64,000 nt of DNA from Podarcis melisellensis (lineage: Eukaryota): the NCBI GenBank assembly GCA_964234715.1, contig OZ174280.1, one strand, 5' to 3'. The position numbers were made by a program, and so were the translations under genes. This document shows positions 50,176 to 63,646 of this stretch, in pieces. The notes under the pieces are model-generated. The model was given only the letters and a program-made list of their open reading frames with translations, had not been told where the DNA came from and did not search any database. The stretch's first letter is position 1; each line of letters opens with the position of its first letter.

Positions 50176-51489
50176 CTGGGAAGGGGAATCGACACATTTC
50201 AACAGAGATTCAGGAACCCTCTTAAAAGATTGCACACAAGGGAGGGCAGTGGGAATGAGCACACTCGCTCTGTCCCCTGGCCGCCATTGGATGGTAAACA
50301 TCTGAAGCAGGGAGATTCCTGTACTTGTGGCAGTTCCCCAACCATTTTAGAAGCCTGATATTCTGGGGTTGGAAAACACGCAGGAGAGTCTCTACCGGCA
50401 CACGCAGGTCCCACTAACTGAACGCTTGTTATGCAAAAATTTGCTTAGTTGTGCCCAAACTTTGCTATACAAACGACTGATTCATATATCTGAACAGCTG
50501 GACTTGTGAGAATGGTGTTGCTTAATCGTGAGCTTTATTTTCAATAGTGAGCCTGACATTTTCCTACTGTGTATCCAAGCCCACAAGCAAAGCCTCTTCC
50601 TCAGTCGTTGAGATGGGGGCAAAGTCGCTGTCCCTGAGCAGCAAAGAACATGTCAGAGCCAAGCCCACAGAGGGCCAGCCAGGTTGGCGGCTGGGACAAT
50701 GAGGGAGACACCAAGGATGAAGAAAAAGAGGAGGACCTTGGCTTCCTCCAGGGCTGAATTTTGTCACTGCAGTAGCTGGTGGAGGAAGAAGAGGAGTTGG
50801 TGCTGATGCCGGCTTCAGCCTCATCATAGGCTTCACTCTTTGCCTAGGCCTCAGTGCCAGAGGAGGGCGAAAAAAGGAGGAGAAAGAGGTGGCGGCTGCA
50901 CCAGTGGAGGAAGCTCCTCAGCTCAGCCCCACAGGCTTTCCCTTGGCTGTCCTCACAGGCTCATGCAGTGACACTGTTGACCAACTAACTCACTGGTTAG
51001 ATTCAGGCAAGTGGAGTGGAACTGGTTCAAAAACGGGCAGAAAAGGGGCAGGCTGGTAGCACTTATCAGAGATGGAGGAAGAACTGGGGGAGGGTGATGG
51101 GGTGGAGAGACCATGCCGGTGTAGATATACAGTAGGAAAATGTGGTGTTTCTGTCGCCTTGTTTTATTAGGGAATGCAGTGGGATTTCCCAATAGAAAAC
51201 AAAGGAAATGATTGGCTCGTTAGGCGAATGCTCGCCTAACGAGCTATTTCTCAGCAACACATTATGGTTGGAAAGCGGGGCCCGTGTGTACAGGAGACTC
51301 CCTCCAACTCATGAAAGGAGACTGGAATGGTGGCTGCAGTGTGGGCCTAGTTAGTTTGGTTGTCCCATCTCACCCCTACAGTAGAATGCCAGAAGACGGC
51401 AAATGAGAGGAATTCAAGTACTACAGGAAAACTAAATTATGAGGGCCAAGTTTACAAGAACAAAGGCATTCTAATAAATGGACACTTAC

Positions 51490-51538
51490 TGAATTAGCGC
51501 TGTTGGGATTGGGCCATGGTCTACCAGCTCCTGGACCC
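51490..51538 (-). CDS. SSBP3: SSBP3 internal exon
   Basis: ctccag|GPGAGRPWPNPNSANS|gtaagt; 49 nt. Confidence 0.94.
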
Positions 51539-51662
51539 CTGGAGTTTGAGAGAAAACAAGCCTTCAGCATGTACAGAGTGACAATGTGAAACCAAAAATG
51601 ATTTCCACATCTAGAATTGTAAGAACGTCAACGGAAAGCCAGCAGCATGGCAGGTGCCTTAC

Positions 51663-51727
51663 ATGTTAATCCCAGGCATGCCGGGCCCTAGAGAGTTGGG
51701 TGGAGGTCTCATTCCGCCGCCATAGTT
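51663..51727 (-). CDS. SSBP3: SSBP3 internal exon
   Basis: ttgcag|NYGGGMRPPPNSLGPGMPGIN(M)|gtaagg; 65 nt. Confidence 0.94.
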
Positions 51728-53956
51728 CTGCAATGATAACCAAGGATCAGTCTACCATAACGAGAAGGGAAACCGGAGAAGAAAAGAGAAAGGAAAAAAA
51801 CAAACAAAAACGAGAGGGTTAGTTTGTGAAAATGAACTTTAATTAAAAAAAAAAGATGATGATAATGAACACATAGGCAAAATTAGCTACTTTGAAAAAG
51901 TAAAACTGGACGGCGGCATCTCTCAATTTGCGCTTTGACCAGGCAAAGGATTTTTTTTTAAAGGGGGAGTGGGGAAGAAAATCTTAGAAGCCACCCAAAT
52001 TCCCATCTCATGGTAGGAGTGTACCAGGAATGCCCAGTGGGCTAAGGCTTCTAGCACTGGCCAATGCAGGTCATCAAGGAAGCCGTAGCTGCACCTAAAG
52101 GGTATGTAAGATGGTTATCTTGAAAGGTAATAAACACAAACAAACAAAACCGAAAAAGAGAGGCTTGTCACAGGAAGCCAAATGGGAGAGGTAGACATGA
52201 AAGAATTAAGATTCCTTGCTTAGTGTTGTGGTGGGAGAATTGCATGGAAAGAAGCAGGAAAAAAATGTGGGGTGGGGTGGGCAGAAGAGAGAAAGATTCT
52301 GCTTTAAGGAAGACAAGGCGAGGAGCAGAAAGGGAAATAGTGACAGCACAAAGGTTTGCAACAGCTTCTAAGTAAAGAGCATTCGGTTACAAAACAGCAA
52401 AGCTGGCCAGTCACAAAACTGCGCAAATCTTTACTGGTGTTCATGCACAAGAAAGAGAAGACAATTCTTAGGCTAGAAAATGTCATTTCTCTCCCATTAA
52501 ACACGGCTGGCAAACACTTTCGGTTCCCCCAACACAGACCAAAGTTAGAGCACAAATTCACTTCTGTGCACCAGAGAGATACTACAGAACTGTACTAGGT
52601 CCCACTTGTTTCGCAAAGGAGATCTAAAAGATGAAATCTGACAGAAAGGGCGCCAATCTGTCACAGCTGCGAAGCCCACGGAAAGCTAACGATTAAGGGC
52701 TGGGGATGAAAAGGCAGCTTATTGTGGAAGTCTACATGTGAGCACTTGCTGAAACACCTGAAGAAGCCGCTTCCTCCTCACCCCTCTGAAGTCATAAATC
52801 TAGATCTAAAGTCGGCGGCTATGGATTCTGATTTTCTTGGTTCCTGAAAGACAGCTGACACTTGGCTGGCTGATTGGCTCCCCTCCAAACATGGCTGCCC
52901 TGCAGGGCCTGAGGTAGACTGCACAAAGCAAAGAGGTGGTTCAAAGCGGGTTCCTCTTTGAAAAGAGTTTAAAGCAAAATTGCAACTGGCTTACATACTG
53001 TTTATAAGCGACGCTTTTACCCTCTCGGAAGAGCTGCTCGCTGCACACCAGGCAGAGCTCTGCTGTGATTTTGTTGCAAGGGTTTCTCAGGAACCCTCAA
53101 CTCTTGAACGGAACACTTTGGTCTCCCATTTCTCCTGACAGAGGGCAGCCACAGCTGGCAACAGATCTGCTGATCATTAGCCGATCAGTACAGTCCATAC
53201 TCCTGGCAAGAAAACAGCCTGCTTGGCTGAATGCTAGGCAACCCGGGTAGTCACAATCTCCATTTTTTGAAAAAATCAAATCAAAGCGCTTCACCTGCCT
53301 CGCTAACTTCAGGGAACTACACAGGACAAGTGGGACAGCTCCTTTCTCACACTTTCATTAATGACATGTTTAAACCCTTATTGGCTGGGAACAGGGACCG
53401 ATGCTATTTTGGAACGAGAAGCAAGCACCAAAGGGACAAAAAAGGACTCCCCCCCCCCCACAACTCCGCACCCATAGCAAGGTAAACAAGAGCTAGACAC
53501 GGGGAATGCTCATCTACACACATTTCATGCATGGCTTTAGAAAGACTCCATGCACCTACACTTAACAGCAGCTGCAAATTCAACCACGGCAGATGCCTAT
53601 GTAACTACAACGCCAATGGAATGAAATCACTCTTAAGCATGCCACTTGGTGGGGATGGCAAGCACGTGGCTTCTCCAAGTTGTACAGCACATCCAAAAGT
53701 TTTGAAGCAGTCTTTGTTTGGCTGACGCAACTATAACAGATGCAAGCTGTTATAATAACACATCAGGGACTATTAAGAGCTTTGTACCCATCACTAACAG
53801 TGCCAGACCATTAAAATAGATAACAAAGCTATTGGAATCTAAGCTTGCCGGAATGATTATGAGGCAAGCAACTTTATTTCTTTTTTCTCTTGGTTTCCTG
53901 GAGGTGTGTGGCTTCAACTGGCATTCTAATTGCACCAGTATCAAGAAGTTCAGTTA

Positions 53957-54121
53957 CCGTATTTTTCGCTCTACAAGACACACCCGACCATAAGATACGC
54001 CTAGTTTTTAGAGAAGGCTTCAGGGATAGCCGCGCAGCCTGCATTCACTCCATAAGATGCACACACATTCCCCCTTACTTTTAGGAGGGAAAAAGTGTGT
54101 TTTATAGAGCGAAAAATACTG
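53957..54121. mobile_element. Tc1/mariner/pogo-type MITE
   Basis: TIRs ccgtatttttcgctcta / tagagcgaaaaatactg with TA on both sides. Confidence 0.85.
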
Positions 54122-56837
54122 TATTTATCTTCCTCTTTTACACTCTCCTTCAGATGCTATGCTGCACAGCCTTTCCAAACCTGGGGGTCTCCAGACTACA
54201 ACTTCGGCCATTCCTGATCATTGGTTGTGCTGGCTGGGGCGAATGGACAACAACTTGAAGTTCCTGGGTAGATGAAGGATTAATTTGTGTAAATTAGATG
54301 CAGAAGATTGAAATGTGGGCTCATACTGCACCTATTCCAATTGTTTTCTTTGCAACGATGCTGTCACAGAGTTATCAAGACCTTTCAAGTATAGTTTTTC
54401 CTAATAGTAGGCAACTATTATTCTGCCCACTTTCTCCAAGTCTAAGCCCTCCTTCTGCACTTGCCTATGCCTCCTGCTCAGCTATTGCCAGTCCTAGCCT
54501 GAAAACAGATGGTCTGACTTAAAGCCTTCTCCTTACACTTGCTGACCCTGAGGTTAATCTGGTAATAGCAGCAGAACCTTAAGTGCTGGGCTGACTTATC
54601 ACAGGTGGCTACCTAGGAATGGTGTTTGTAAGGGTCAACACTTTTGCTGCAGCTGCAGATCCAAAGAACTTCACAGGGTATTACTGGATGAAAGCGATTT
54701 GCAAGGAAACCCAAGGAAACATTTTATGCACGCCCCCCCCTCTTCTAAAGTGGTAGTTCAACACTTTAAATGATTACGATTTCACAGTTGCTGAAATTGA
54801 CAAACCTGATAGTATTAGTAAAAATGACAGGGGAGATGGAAGGGAAAGAAGCAAGCCGCTTTTCTGATGTGTACTAGGCCCTGTTAATACATCCCTTGGT
54901 ATGCTGACATTTTCTTAATATCAGTTTTAGTGAGGGAATCATGGTGTGGTGGGGTTCTGGTGTCGAATCTGTAGTCAGTTTTCTATGCTGTTCCTTCAAA
55001 CACTGAACCATAATCATGGCTTGGAAGGCTGTCTGAACTGAGCCACTGCACAGATAGCTAATCCCAAAAGAAGTTTCAGAAAGTGCAAGGGACCTCACTA
55101 AAATGTGGCTACTGGTTATGGTTCCCCTACAACTGTTTTCTGAAGTGCACATGTGGCAAGCTGGTCATCTCTAGTATCAAACCATGTGATACAGGTGCCT
55201 CAATCTTTTGGATTGGACACTACAGAAAAGCCTCATTGTGCAGCTGAGGATTACTAATGATTATATGGTTACATGAACAATGCTTTAAGAGACCACGAGT
55301 TAAATGATCATCTGTAACTACCCCAAGTCAATTAAAATCTGGCCTGAATGTCCCTAAAGTTTAATATGAGAAAGCAAAGAGAGGTATCTGAGCTTGTCTG
55401 GTTTCAGGAAGAAGCATGCTAAGAGAACAAGGAGAGAGCAGGATTGCAAAGGAAGGTCCACAGGGAAGCGGCAAGCCTGTGAAAGAAGAGATGCACATTC
55501 CTCAGTACCATCCATCAACACTTATTTACAACAAGTAAATATACATCATGCACCTCAATAACCTGATCCAACCAAGGCACAAAAAGTGGACCAACCAAGA
55601 GACTGGAGAGAGGACCTTGTATCACTCTCTCTTCACCATCTGACTCCATCTGTCCCCTTGGGAGCTTCTCACACTGATCTGTTGGCTCAGAGACTCCCAA
55701 CAGAACCCACAAAACAGACGTATTGCAACAGAATTAGGTATCTAGGAACAATGGCTTTCTAGGCAGGCTACGAAGTTGTCCAGATCCTTAAGGGGTCAAA
55801 CCTTGAGGTTCGGATTCAAAAGCAGCCTTCCCACTAACTGAATTGTTCCTTTCGTCCTCACAAGGCGCTTGATCCAGAAGAGGAAGTGGGGAAGGAGCTT
55901 TTTGCTGTGTTCTCTCCCTCCCCACAACCCCTTCCCCCTGTCCCAGAGAGCCTCCAACCCCCCCCCCCCGAGCCGATTTTAGGGAGATGCAAGGGGCTGC
56001 GGAAGGAAGGGGTGAGTAGGTCAATGCCACCTCCCACAACGTCCACTGGCGGGAGCTTTCCCTGAGTGGAGTTCTGCTGAGGAGATGCTACCACTGGAGG
56101 TAGCAATGCTGGGATCCAAGACTGGACCAGAACTGTATAAAAGCACATACGGGCCATGATTGGCCCATGGCATGCATCTGAGAAGTAACTTGTCAGCCCT
56201 CCTCTTCCTTCCATCATTCCTCCTGCAGGATGTAGTAAATGTGAAGTATGGATATCAAATAAACTTTGCTGGGCAGCAAAAAAGAAAAGAAAAGAAAAAG
56301 CAGGCACCTTTTGGGTTGACCTGCATAGTCGACCGGGTGTCTGCCAGTGCTATAAAGCGCAGAATAGACTGCAGCAAATTTTATTATTAAAAAACCACAC
56401 AATTAAGTGAAATAAATTCAGCATTGTACCCGCAACCCAACCCCACCTAAGGGTTAGCATCCCAAGCTGTAAGATTCCTTCCTGACCAAAGTCCAATTAA
56501 ACCGGAGTTTGCCCATTTGGATGAAAAGAGCAAAGATGGAAGGTGGGAGCAGGTGAGCACATGAAGTACGTGATATGAGGATGTTCACTTCTGAAGCCAT
56601 AAGTAGATGTTGGAAGGTGGGATCCCCCCCCCCCAATCCAGACACATGTAAACACACTAATGTAAAATGCATTATCGCTAATGGTGAGGAAGAAAAGGTT
56701 TGGGAGGAATGGAAGTGCTCCTAGCTCTTCAAGCTCCCAGAGGCTGCTTTTATGATGTTTTGCTCGCTAACTTCATAAAGTAGCAAAGCTATTGTTTGGC
56801 ACTGGACAGGGTAGGAAATGCTCTGCCCAGGTTTTAC

Positions 56838-56914
56838 CTGTGGACCTGGACCCATGGGCCCCATTCCTCGTGGAGGATTCATCCTTTGCATCGGCCCTCC
56901 CATGTTGGGATGCC
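56838..56914 (-). CDS. SSBP3: SSBP3 internal exon
   Basis: cgctag|(G)HPNMGGPMQRMNPPRGMGPMGPGPQ|gtaaaa; 77 nt. Confidence 0.94.
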
Positions 56915-57028
56915 CTAGCGAGGGAAGAGAGACAGGAAGATGTTACTTTATTACTGGAGAGTAATGCACTTGGTGAAAGAATAGGCCAAGGGGAAAGAAC
57001 ACTTGCAGACAAGCCGAATCACATTTAC

Positions 57029-57095
57029 CTTGTTGTCGTGTGGGGTCCATTGAGTTGGGCAGCAAGGGCTGTGTACCAGGAACACCCCCCGGAGG
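57029..57095 (-). CDS. SSBP3: SSBP3 internal exon
   Basis: ccatag|PPGGVPGTQPLLPNSMDPTRQQ(G)|gtaaat; 67 nt. Confidence 0.94.
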
Positions 57096-60000
57096 CTATG
57101 GGGGAAAGGAAACAAATTTGAGGAAATCAAATACTTGGGAGATGCACAGTACAAACGATATTGCTTTGCTACATTTGCTGCTGCAATTAGAAAAACCAGT
57201 CATGGGCTGAAGGCCCTTTTGGCTCAGCTGCTTTTATATCTATACTCAAAAGCATTAGACTTCAAGGAAATGGGTCAATTTACTGACGAGGGTGAGGGCA
57301 GAACAGCCCCCTTATTCTATAAGCCCTGCGTTTGTCTTATATTGCCATTGTGTGGGTGTCTGCAGAGGAAACCTGGTTGATTCAAGGATAGGCTTAATCT
57401 TCCCTAGAAATCCTCCTTCAAAAAGGAACAGGAAAACTTTCCCCCCATTCCAGTTATTCTTGACCGACTTTCCCCTAAGCCAACAGTGAAAGGTAGGTAT
57501 GGCAGAGGGAGTGGGATGAAAAAAAACCAGTATTTTTTAAAGTACCATTTATTTGTATGAGAAAAATGTAACATATGGAACATCATTTTCACAATACACA
57601 TGTAGGTGGAGAATGACCTCAACTTCATTCCCTGAATGGGTAAGTGATATCTCTTATTTATCCCAGTTCATCTATCATCAGTTCCTGGAGTCTCGCGTGT
57701 GCATAGTTGAATGCTACAACCCCCTTGTCTACTAGCCCATTGAAAAAAGGGGATTTCTAGGGGAGAATCAGAAGGAAGGATTAAGCAGTCCTTTCCTCCC
57801 AGTTGTTGACGGTCTTCTAGAAATGCCTTTCACCTTCGCGTTACCTTGGCCAAATGGGCTTACTGACACAATTTGTAATTTTGTCCACTCCTGACCTTCT
57901 TTAGAAAACAAGCCTCCTTTTCTATAGTTCATGGGCGCTTTCAAAAATCATGCTTCTCATGCCATAAAGCCAGAGTAAAATAGCTCCAGGTGTTTGGGTG
58001 GGCTAACTGACTGTGGCAACTCTTTTGATGCTAAGTATTCTTCTAGGTTTGGTCCTTAAGTTCATCTGTGTTTATCTAGCTCATGGGTGTTTTCTAAACA
58101 CCCTCCCTCCAGTTACCTGCTACATATAAGCATCCTTCATAAGCACCTATATATTCCACAAGCATATTGAAAATGCATACACCGGAGACTAGCTAACTTA
58201 AAAAGCTCCTTAATGGATGGGGACCTAGGTATCTTATGGAGCACTTCCATCCACACCACCCAGCCTGGGTTCTTGGATTGTCTCAGGGGGCTCCTTCTTG
58301 TTCAGTGTGGGGATATAGGGTAGGGCCTTATTAGTAATGGCACCTTCACTTAGAAGCCATGCCATTCAGGTCCTTCTTTGATATAAACAACTGCCCTCCC
58401 AGGTTTTTGAAGGGTTTGGTTGAATCTGCTTTGGAGTTTTAGTACAGTATAGCCTGCATTGCTGCAGGTTTTAATGTGTGAACTTTGTTTTATCGCTAGG
58501 TTTATATTTATTTTCACTGTAAACTGCTTTGGGACCACTTTGGAAGTGAAAAGTTGTATTTAAATTTTTATAAATAAACATATATAGCTATAACAGTGGT
58601 GGAGTTTACCTGCACTGGCGGGCTAAGTTGTGATCAGGGTAGTATCTGCATGCATTTTTAAAATGTTGTGAAAGTGTTGCTTTTTTTATATAAAAAAATC
58701 CTTTTGAAAAATACATTGAATTTGCTATAGCTCACAGTTGCCATCTAGTGTCTAGTGTATTGCACTTCACAACACGTTTGCAGCTGCATAGCTGAGTCCA
58801 CGGTTTAGAAACTCACGGGGTGTCACTTTTTTTGGAGGGGTGCGAAATAAGACCCGAGTTAGAAAGATCATGAACTTCCATCTTTGCTGCTACCTTTTGG
58901 TTTGGGATACCTTTACTCCAGTCTCAGCTACACTAAACGCCTAGGTACCTGACTCCCCACCACCACCACCAAAACCATTCAACAACAACGACTTCCTCAT
59001 TGGAGAAAAACATAAAAGCTTTAAAATGAGCCAGGAAGTTTCTTAAATATACCATTTCGATCTTGCCTAATTGGCTAGATCTGCTTTCCTAAACACCAGT
59101 CATTGCTATGCCTTCATTTATTGGCTAAAAATACAGAAAGAGGAGCAGGCTAATTTAAAAAAACACACAAAACAAATGAGCAGAGTAGCACCTGCATATT
59201 TTGCCTCATATTTCAGGTTCAACAAGGGCTGAAGACTTGCTTCCCCTCCACTTCTTTTTGTAATGAAAACTTGGAATCCAGGGAAGATGGCTTATCAGGT
59301 GGGTGAGGGGTGTGTGATACTCTCCTTATCCTCCTTGCAGATGCCCACATGCACACATCCCTCATGAATCTATCATATATCTTCATTTTTTAAAAAGCTG
59401 TCATCCATATGCAGCCTGAGTCTCACAGTGAAGGTCCTTGAATGAAATGCTACAGATGCCAGTGCAATTTTAAGGTATACATTTGGGAAATGCACTGCGT
59501 TAAAGAAAGTTATCTGTTTGCCAACACAGGTGACATTTCATCAACAAGGGTGATAGCGTTTCCCCTTCCTTACTTAACAGAAGTGAACAGATTATGATGA
59601 TGCCATTTGTATTTAAAATATGTCAACACATTTTGTAGAAATTGTAAGATTCCTTTTTTCTTGGGCAACAAATCCTTTCAACTTCATAATGTGCCTTCCA
59701 TATTTTGATAAAGCTGGAGAGAAAAGACAGATATCGTCTCTCTCTCTCTAGCTATAAGCAAGTTTGCGATTTGGACATTTTCTTTGAAATTTTTTTTTTT
59801 TAAAAAAATAGTCCAGATCCCTCTTAACATCACTACTTAATAGAAGTTGTTGGCTGTAACTTAGATAGAGAACTGGTATTCCAAAATGGATATATTGATA
59901 TAAAAGTTAGAAATATGTGATGCATAGAAGGTGCCGTGAAACTCCTGCATAGCTTTATGGGTCCCTTAAGGAGCTAGGCACAGTTCAAACAAAATGGATA

Positions 60001-60920
60001 GAGGACCTCTGCAACTGAGGATAGGTGAGATCCAACACAGCAACGAACATGGTAACTTTCTGCTCCAGTTTTGGCAAGTCCACTTACAAAGCCATAAGTG
60101 AGTGTGATGGCACTGGATGTACATTTTTTTAAAAAACAACAACACATAAACCACAATTATATATATATAATTTTTTTAAATCCTGCACAGAGTTATAAAA
60201 AGGAATTTAAATTGCATACAAGATCCCTTAATATTGTTGTTGTTATTGTTTTGGAAATGTGCAGGTAGTTAGTGTATATGGAGGACAAAGCTTTCAAGGG
60301 CTACCTAGTCGTGATGGCTTTACGCTACCTCCAGGAATGGAGGCACAATGCCTCTGAATTCTAGTTGCTGGGAAACCGCAGCAGGAGGGAGAGTTTCTGC
60401 CCTCCTTGTGGGTTTCCCCAAGAGGCATCTCTAGTTGGCTGCTGTGGGAAACAGGATGCTGAAACTAGATAAGCCTTTGGTCTAATCCAACAGAGTTCTT
60501 GTTATGTTCTAGCCTCCTGCAGTAATTTCAAAGAGGAATTTAATGTGATCATTGGTCAAGAAAGCCCAGGAAAGCATGACACTCAATAGGATGGCAGATT
60601 TAAAAATAAAATAAAATTGAGAGTCGGTAAATCTTCTGTGCACATCTTACAATCTGGTTTGCATGAACTCCACTTAGAAACGACAAGCTGGCTACAGACA
60701 GGACATCCTTCTGCCCTCAAGCTCCCACTATTTACTACATATAAGCATTTATTATATTGTGGGCAAAAGATCACCTGAGATCCCCCTTTAAGAAATGGGG
60801 TGTGTGTGTCTGTGTGTGGTAACTCATTGCAACCCCAGTGTTAAAAAGTACATGAATGCAAGAATAAACATCTTAAGCCTCAATCGTGCTTTAGCTGCGA
60901 ATACTGAAGAAATACAATAC

Positions 60921-60980
60921 CTGATTTCCCATTCTGATTGGGGGCCGGGGACCTCCTGCGTATCTTGGTGACATAAAAGG
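60921..60980 (-). CDS. SSBP3: SSBP3 internal exon
   Basis: ttacag|[20 protein letters not shown]|gtattg; 60 nt, phase 0/0. Confidence 0.93.
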
Positions 60981-61866
60981 CTGTAAGCATATAAAATTAG
61001 TTCAGTGGCAATGAACGCTCAAAAGTGGAAGTAAACATTATAACCACTTCCTTCACAACTGCTCTTTAAAATACCAAAATTGATTGTATTTCCCTTATTC
61101 TACACACGTACACACAAACTCCCCAAACCGAGCATTTGATTAGCAGAACATTTCTGAGGTGAATTCCAGGCCAAATGAATGAAAGATTTAATATACTGCA
61201 TTCTATTCAACTTGTAATTAAACTTGACACATATACACACAGAAGCATTTTTTAAAAAAACAAAACAAAACCCCCAAAACCCTGCTGATAAGAAATATTT
61301 AGACTCTCAAGTCTTTGACATTTGTTGTGCTTTACTGTATTTATTTGTTTAAGGTTAGGATGGTTTAATAATTTTTGACAAGAATTAAAATTAGCACAAA
61401 TGAAAGTACCAAGCGAATATTAAGATACTTTTTAAACAGATTGGTAAATGAAAGTGCGGTTTGGGGAAGAGAAGAGTTTAAAACATTTCAATGACAAGTA
61501 GTGAAAACAAGCACTTAAACCGTACAATGATTGTCTTAATGCTGTTCGGGGTTGGGGGGGTGGAGGATTAAAAAAAATGATATTTGTATGTAAATTAGCA
61601 TGTCTGAAAATCGAAAGCTACTTTGTAATCTGATGTCAATGGAACAAATGCAGCCAAGAGGAACAGACTTCCTAGCGGAGGTGAGATGAGGTGGAATGAA
61701 AACGATTTTGGGGTCCCGGGATCTTGAGTGGATGTAAATTCACAACGCTCCGCAAACTACCCTGGAGCTGCTCGCTGGTTAAGTTAGCGGAAGGGTGTGT
61801 CTCCCACATGCTTTGAGAGTTCACACAGAACACACATATCACAGCAGTGCCCTGCGATGTCTTTAC

Positions 61867-61947
61867 CTGACTGTGGGGTCCCATCATGCTGTTGGGGTTG
61901 TGAGGTGGAGGCTGTGCGTGTGGCGAGGGCTGAGAGCCAGGCGGTCC
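61867..61947 (-). CDS. SSBP3: Single-stranded DNA-binding protein 3, internal exon (probably exon 6; gene continues beyond window)
   Basis: tcacag|GPPGSQPSPHAQPPPHNPNSMMGPHSQ|gtaaag; 81 nt, phase 0/0. Confidence 0.93.
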
Positions 61948-63450
61948 CTGTGAGGTTAGATAGCAGAAGGTGGTTATAGGTCAGGCACATGAATGTGCAG
62001 GAAAAGAGCTGGCTTAACAGGAGAAGCTGGCGAATCTTCACAGGGAATGAATATTTTGTTTCTGAACATCGCAAACTTCCAAAAGAAAAAGAAATAGAAA
62101 TTGGGGGGCGGCAGGGGGGGGGGAGAGAATGAGGGCAAAGAACCAATAACTGTCAAAGCACATCAAATGAGCTGTTAATTCTGAGTGAGCGACACAGCTT
62201 GTGCCCTCTGACATTTGTGATGGGATCGCTAGTGAGTCCAATGCTGGAACTGCTGCTCAGTGCTGGAATTTTACTGCTGTGCGGACAGACTAAAATAGGT
62301 GCAATGTGTGGCGGCACATAACCTGCGAGCAAACATTTTCATTGCCGAACCTTAATAAATTGTGCAAACTGTGATCTCAATTAACACAAAAAAGTCTCCA
62401 AAATATCTGGAGTGGGGGTGGGGGAAAACCTGCCTCGTCTAGTCTCACACTGGAAATTGCACACATGGCACCGCAGAAACGCAACATGTCCGCCAACTGT
62501 GCCCTGGCATCTGCCCGCGTTCAGGCACGCTTCATTCATATTATGTAATTCAGCAGATTTGGGTAAACAAAAAAACAAAACAAAATGCAAATCTGCGTTG
62601 GCTGTATGGATCATGATATGGGTCTGGGCAATACAACTTATGCAAGCTGAACAAAAAGCCCCTTCAAGTGTACTGCACTGTACTGTTTCAGTCTTCCACA
62701 AGCCTACACTATTAAATGCATCTGGATAAGTGCTTGAAGAACACATACAAAACTAGCTCACCCACAATATATTCCTATTAGATTAGCAATAGTACTTTTC
62801 TGTGTTTTCATGTGCCACTTGGGTTAAGAATTTAGAACAAGAGAAAGTTAACAAGAAGGTTTTATGATGATGATAAAAATAAAAATGCTTAATAACATGT
62901 TTCCATGCTTTACCTAGACTTCCAATTCTAGGAAGTTTGTAGCAGCAGCAATAACTTATCATTTCTACACACAAGACTATAGTGTCACATTTTTGAGACC
63001 AGAACTGCGGTCCTTCACCAAGATTAACTATCTATTGAGGCAACAATTAATCTTGCATGCAGATATGATTTTACCCGGGGGGGGGGGGGTTTAAAGGTGC
63101 CTGAGAAGAAAAAAGATTCATTTATATAGTTTCAACCTTGCAATGCAGGGCTGTAGGATTAAACATAATTTTAATTCCCTCCATTCCTGGAATCCCAGAA
63201 AACAAGAAGTTTGTTTCAATAAAAGTGTGTTCTTGAACATGAATAACCAAATTCGCACTATGATGTACACATGTTCCCTGTGTAATTTTTTCTCTCTCAA
63301 ACAAACACAAAATTGTAATTGGTCTGGAAAGCAAACAAGACTTGTAAGTACATTATGAGAATCAGCTACACACTTCAGGAAAAGCAGAGGAACAGATGTT
63401 CTATACCTGCCATGTTAGTAATTTCAACAAGTGTTCGCCTTCTAGCTGCT

Positions 63451-63646
63451 NNNNNNNNNNNNNNNNNNNNNNNNNNNNNNNNNNNNNNNNNNNNNNNNNN
63501 NNNNNNNNNNNNNNNNNNNNNNNNNNNNNNNNNNNNNNNNNNNNNNNNNNNNNNNNNNNNNNNNNNNNNNNNNNNNNNNNNNNNNNNNNNNNNNNNNNNN
63601 NNNNNNNNNNNNNNNNNNNNNNNNNNNNNNNNNNNNNNNNNNNNNN
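63451..63646. other. Assembly gap (196 N)
   Basis: Run of n characters. Confidence 1.

Noticed and set aside
50564-50950. Pro/Ala-rich 90-aa ORF in an SSBP3 intron
   Set aside because: No homology or convincing splice sites; probably decayed repeat.
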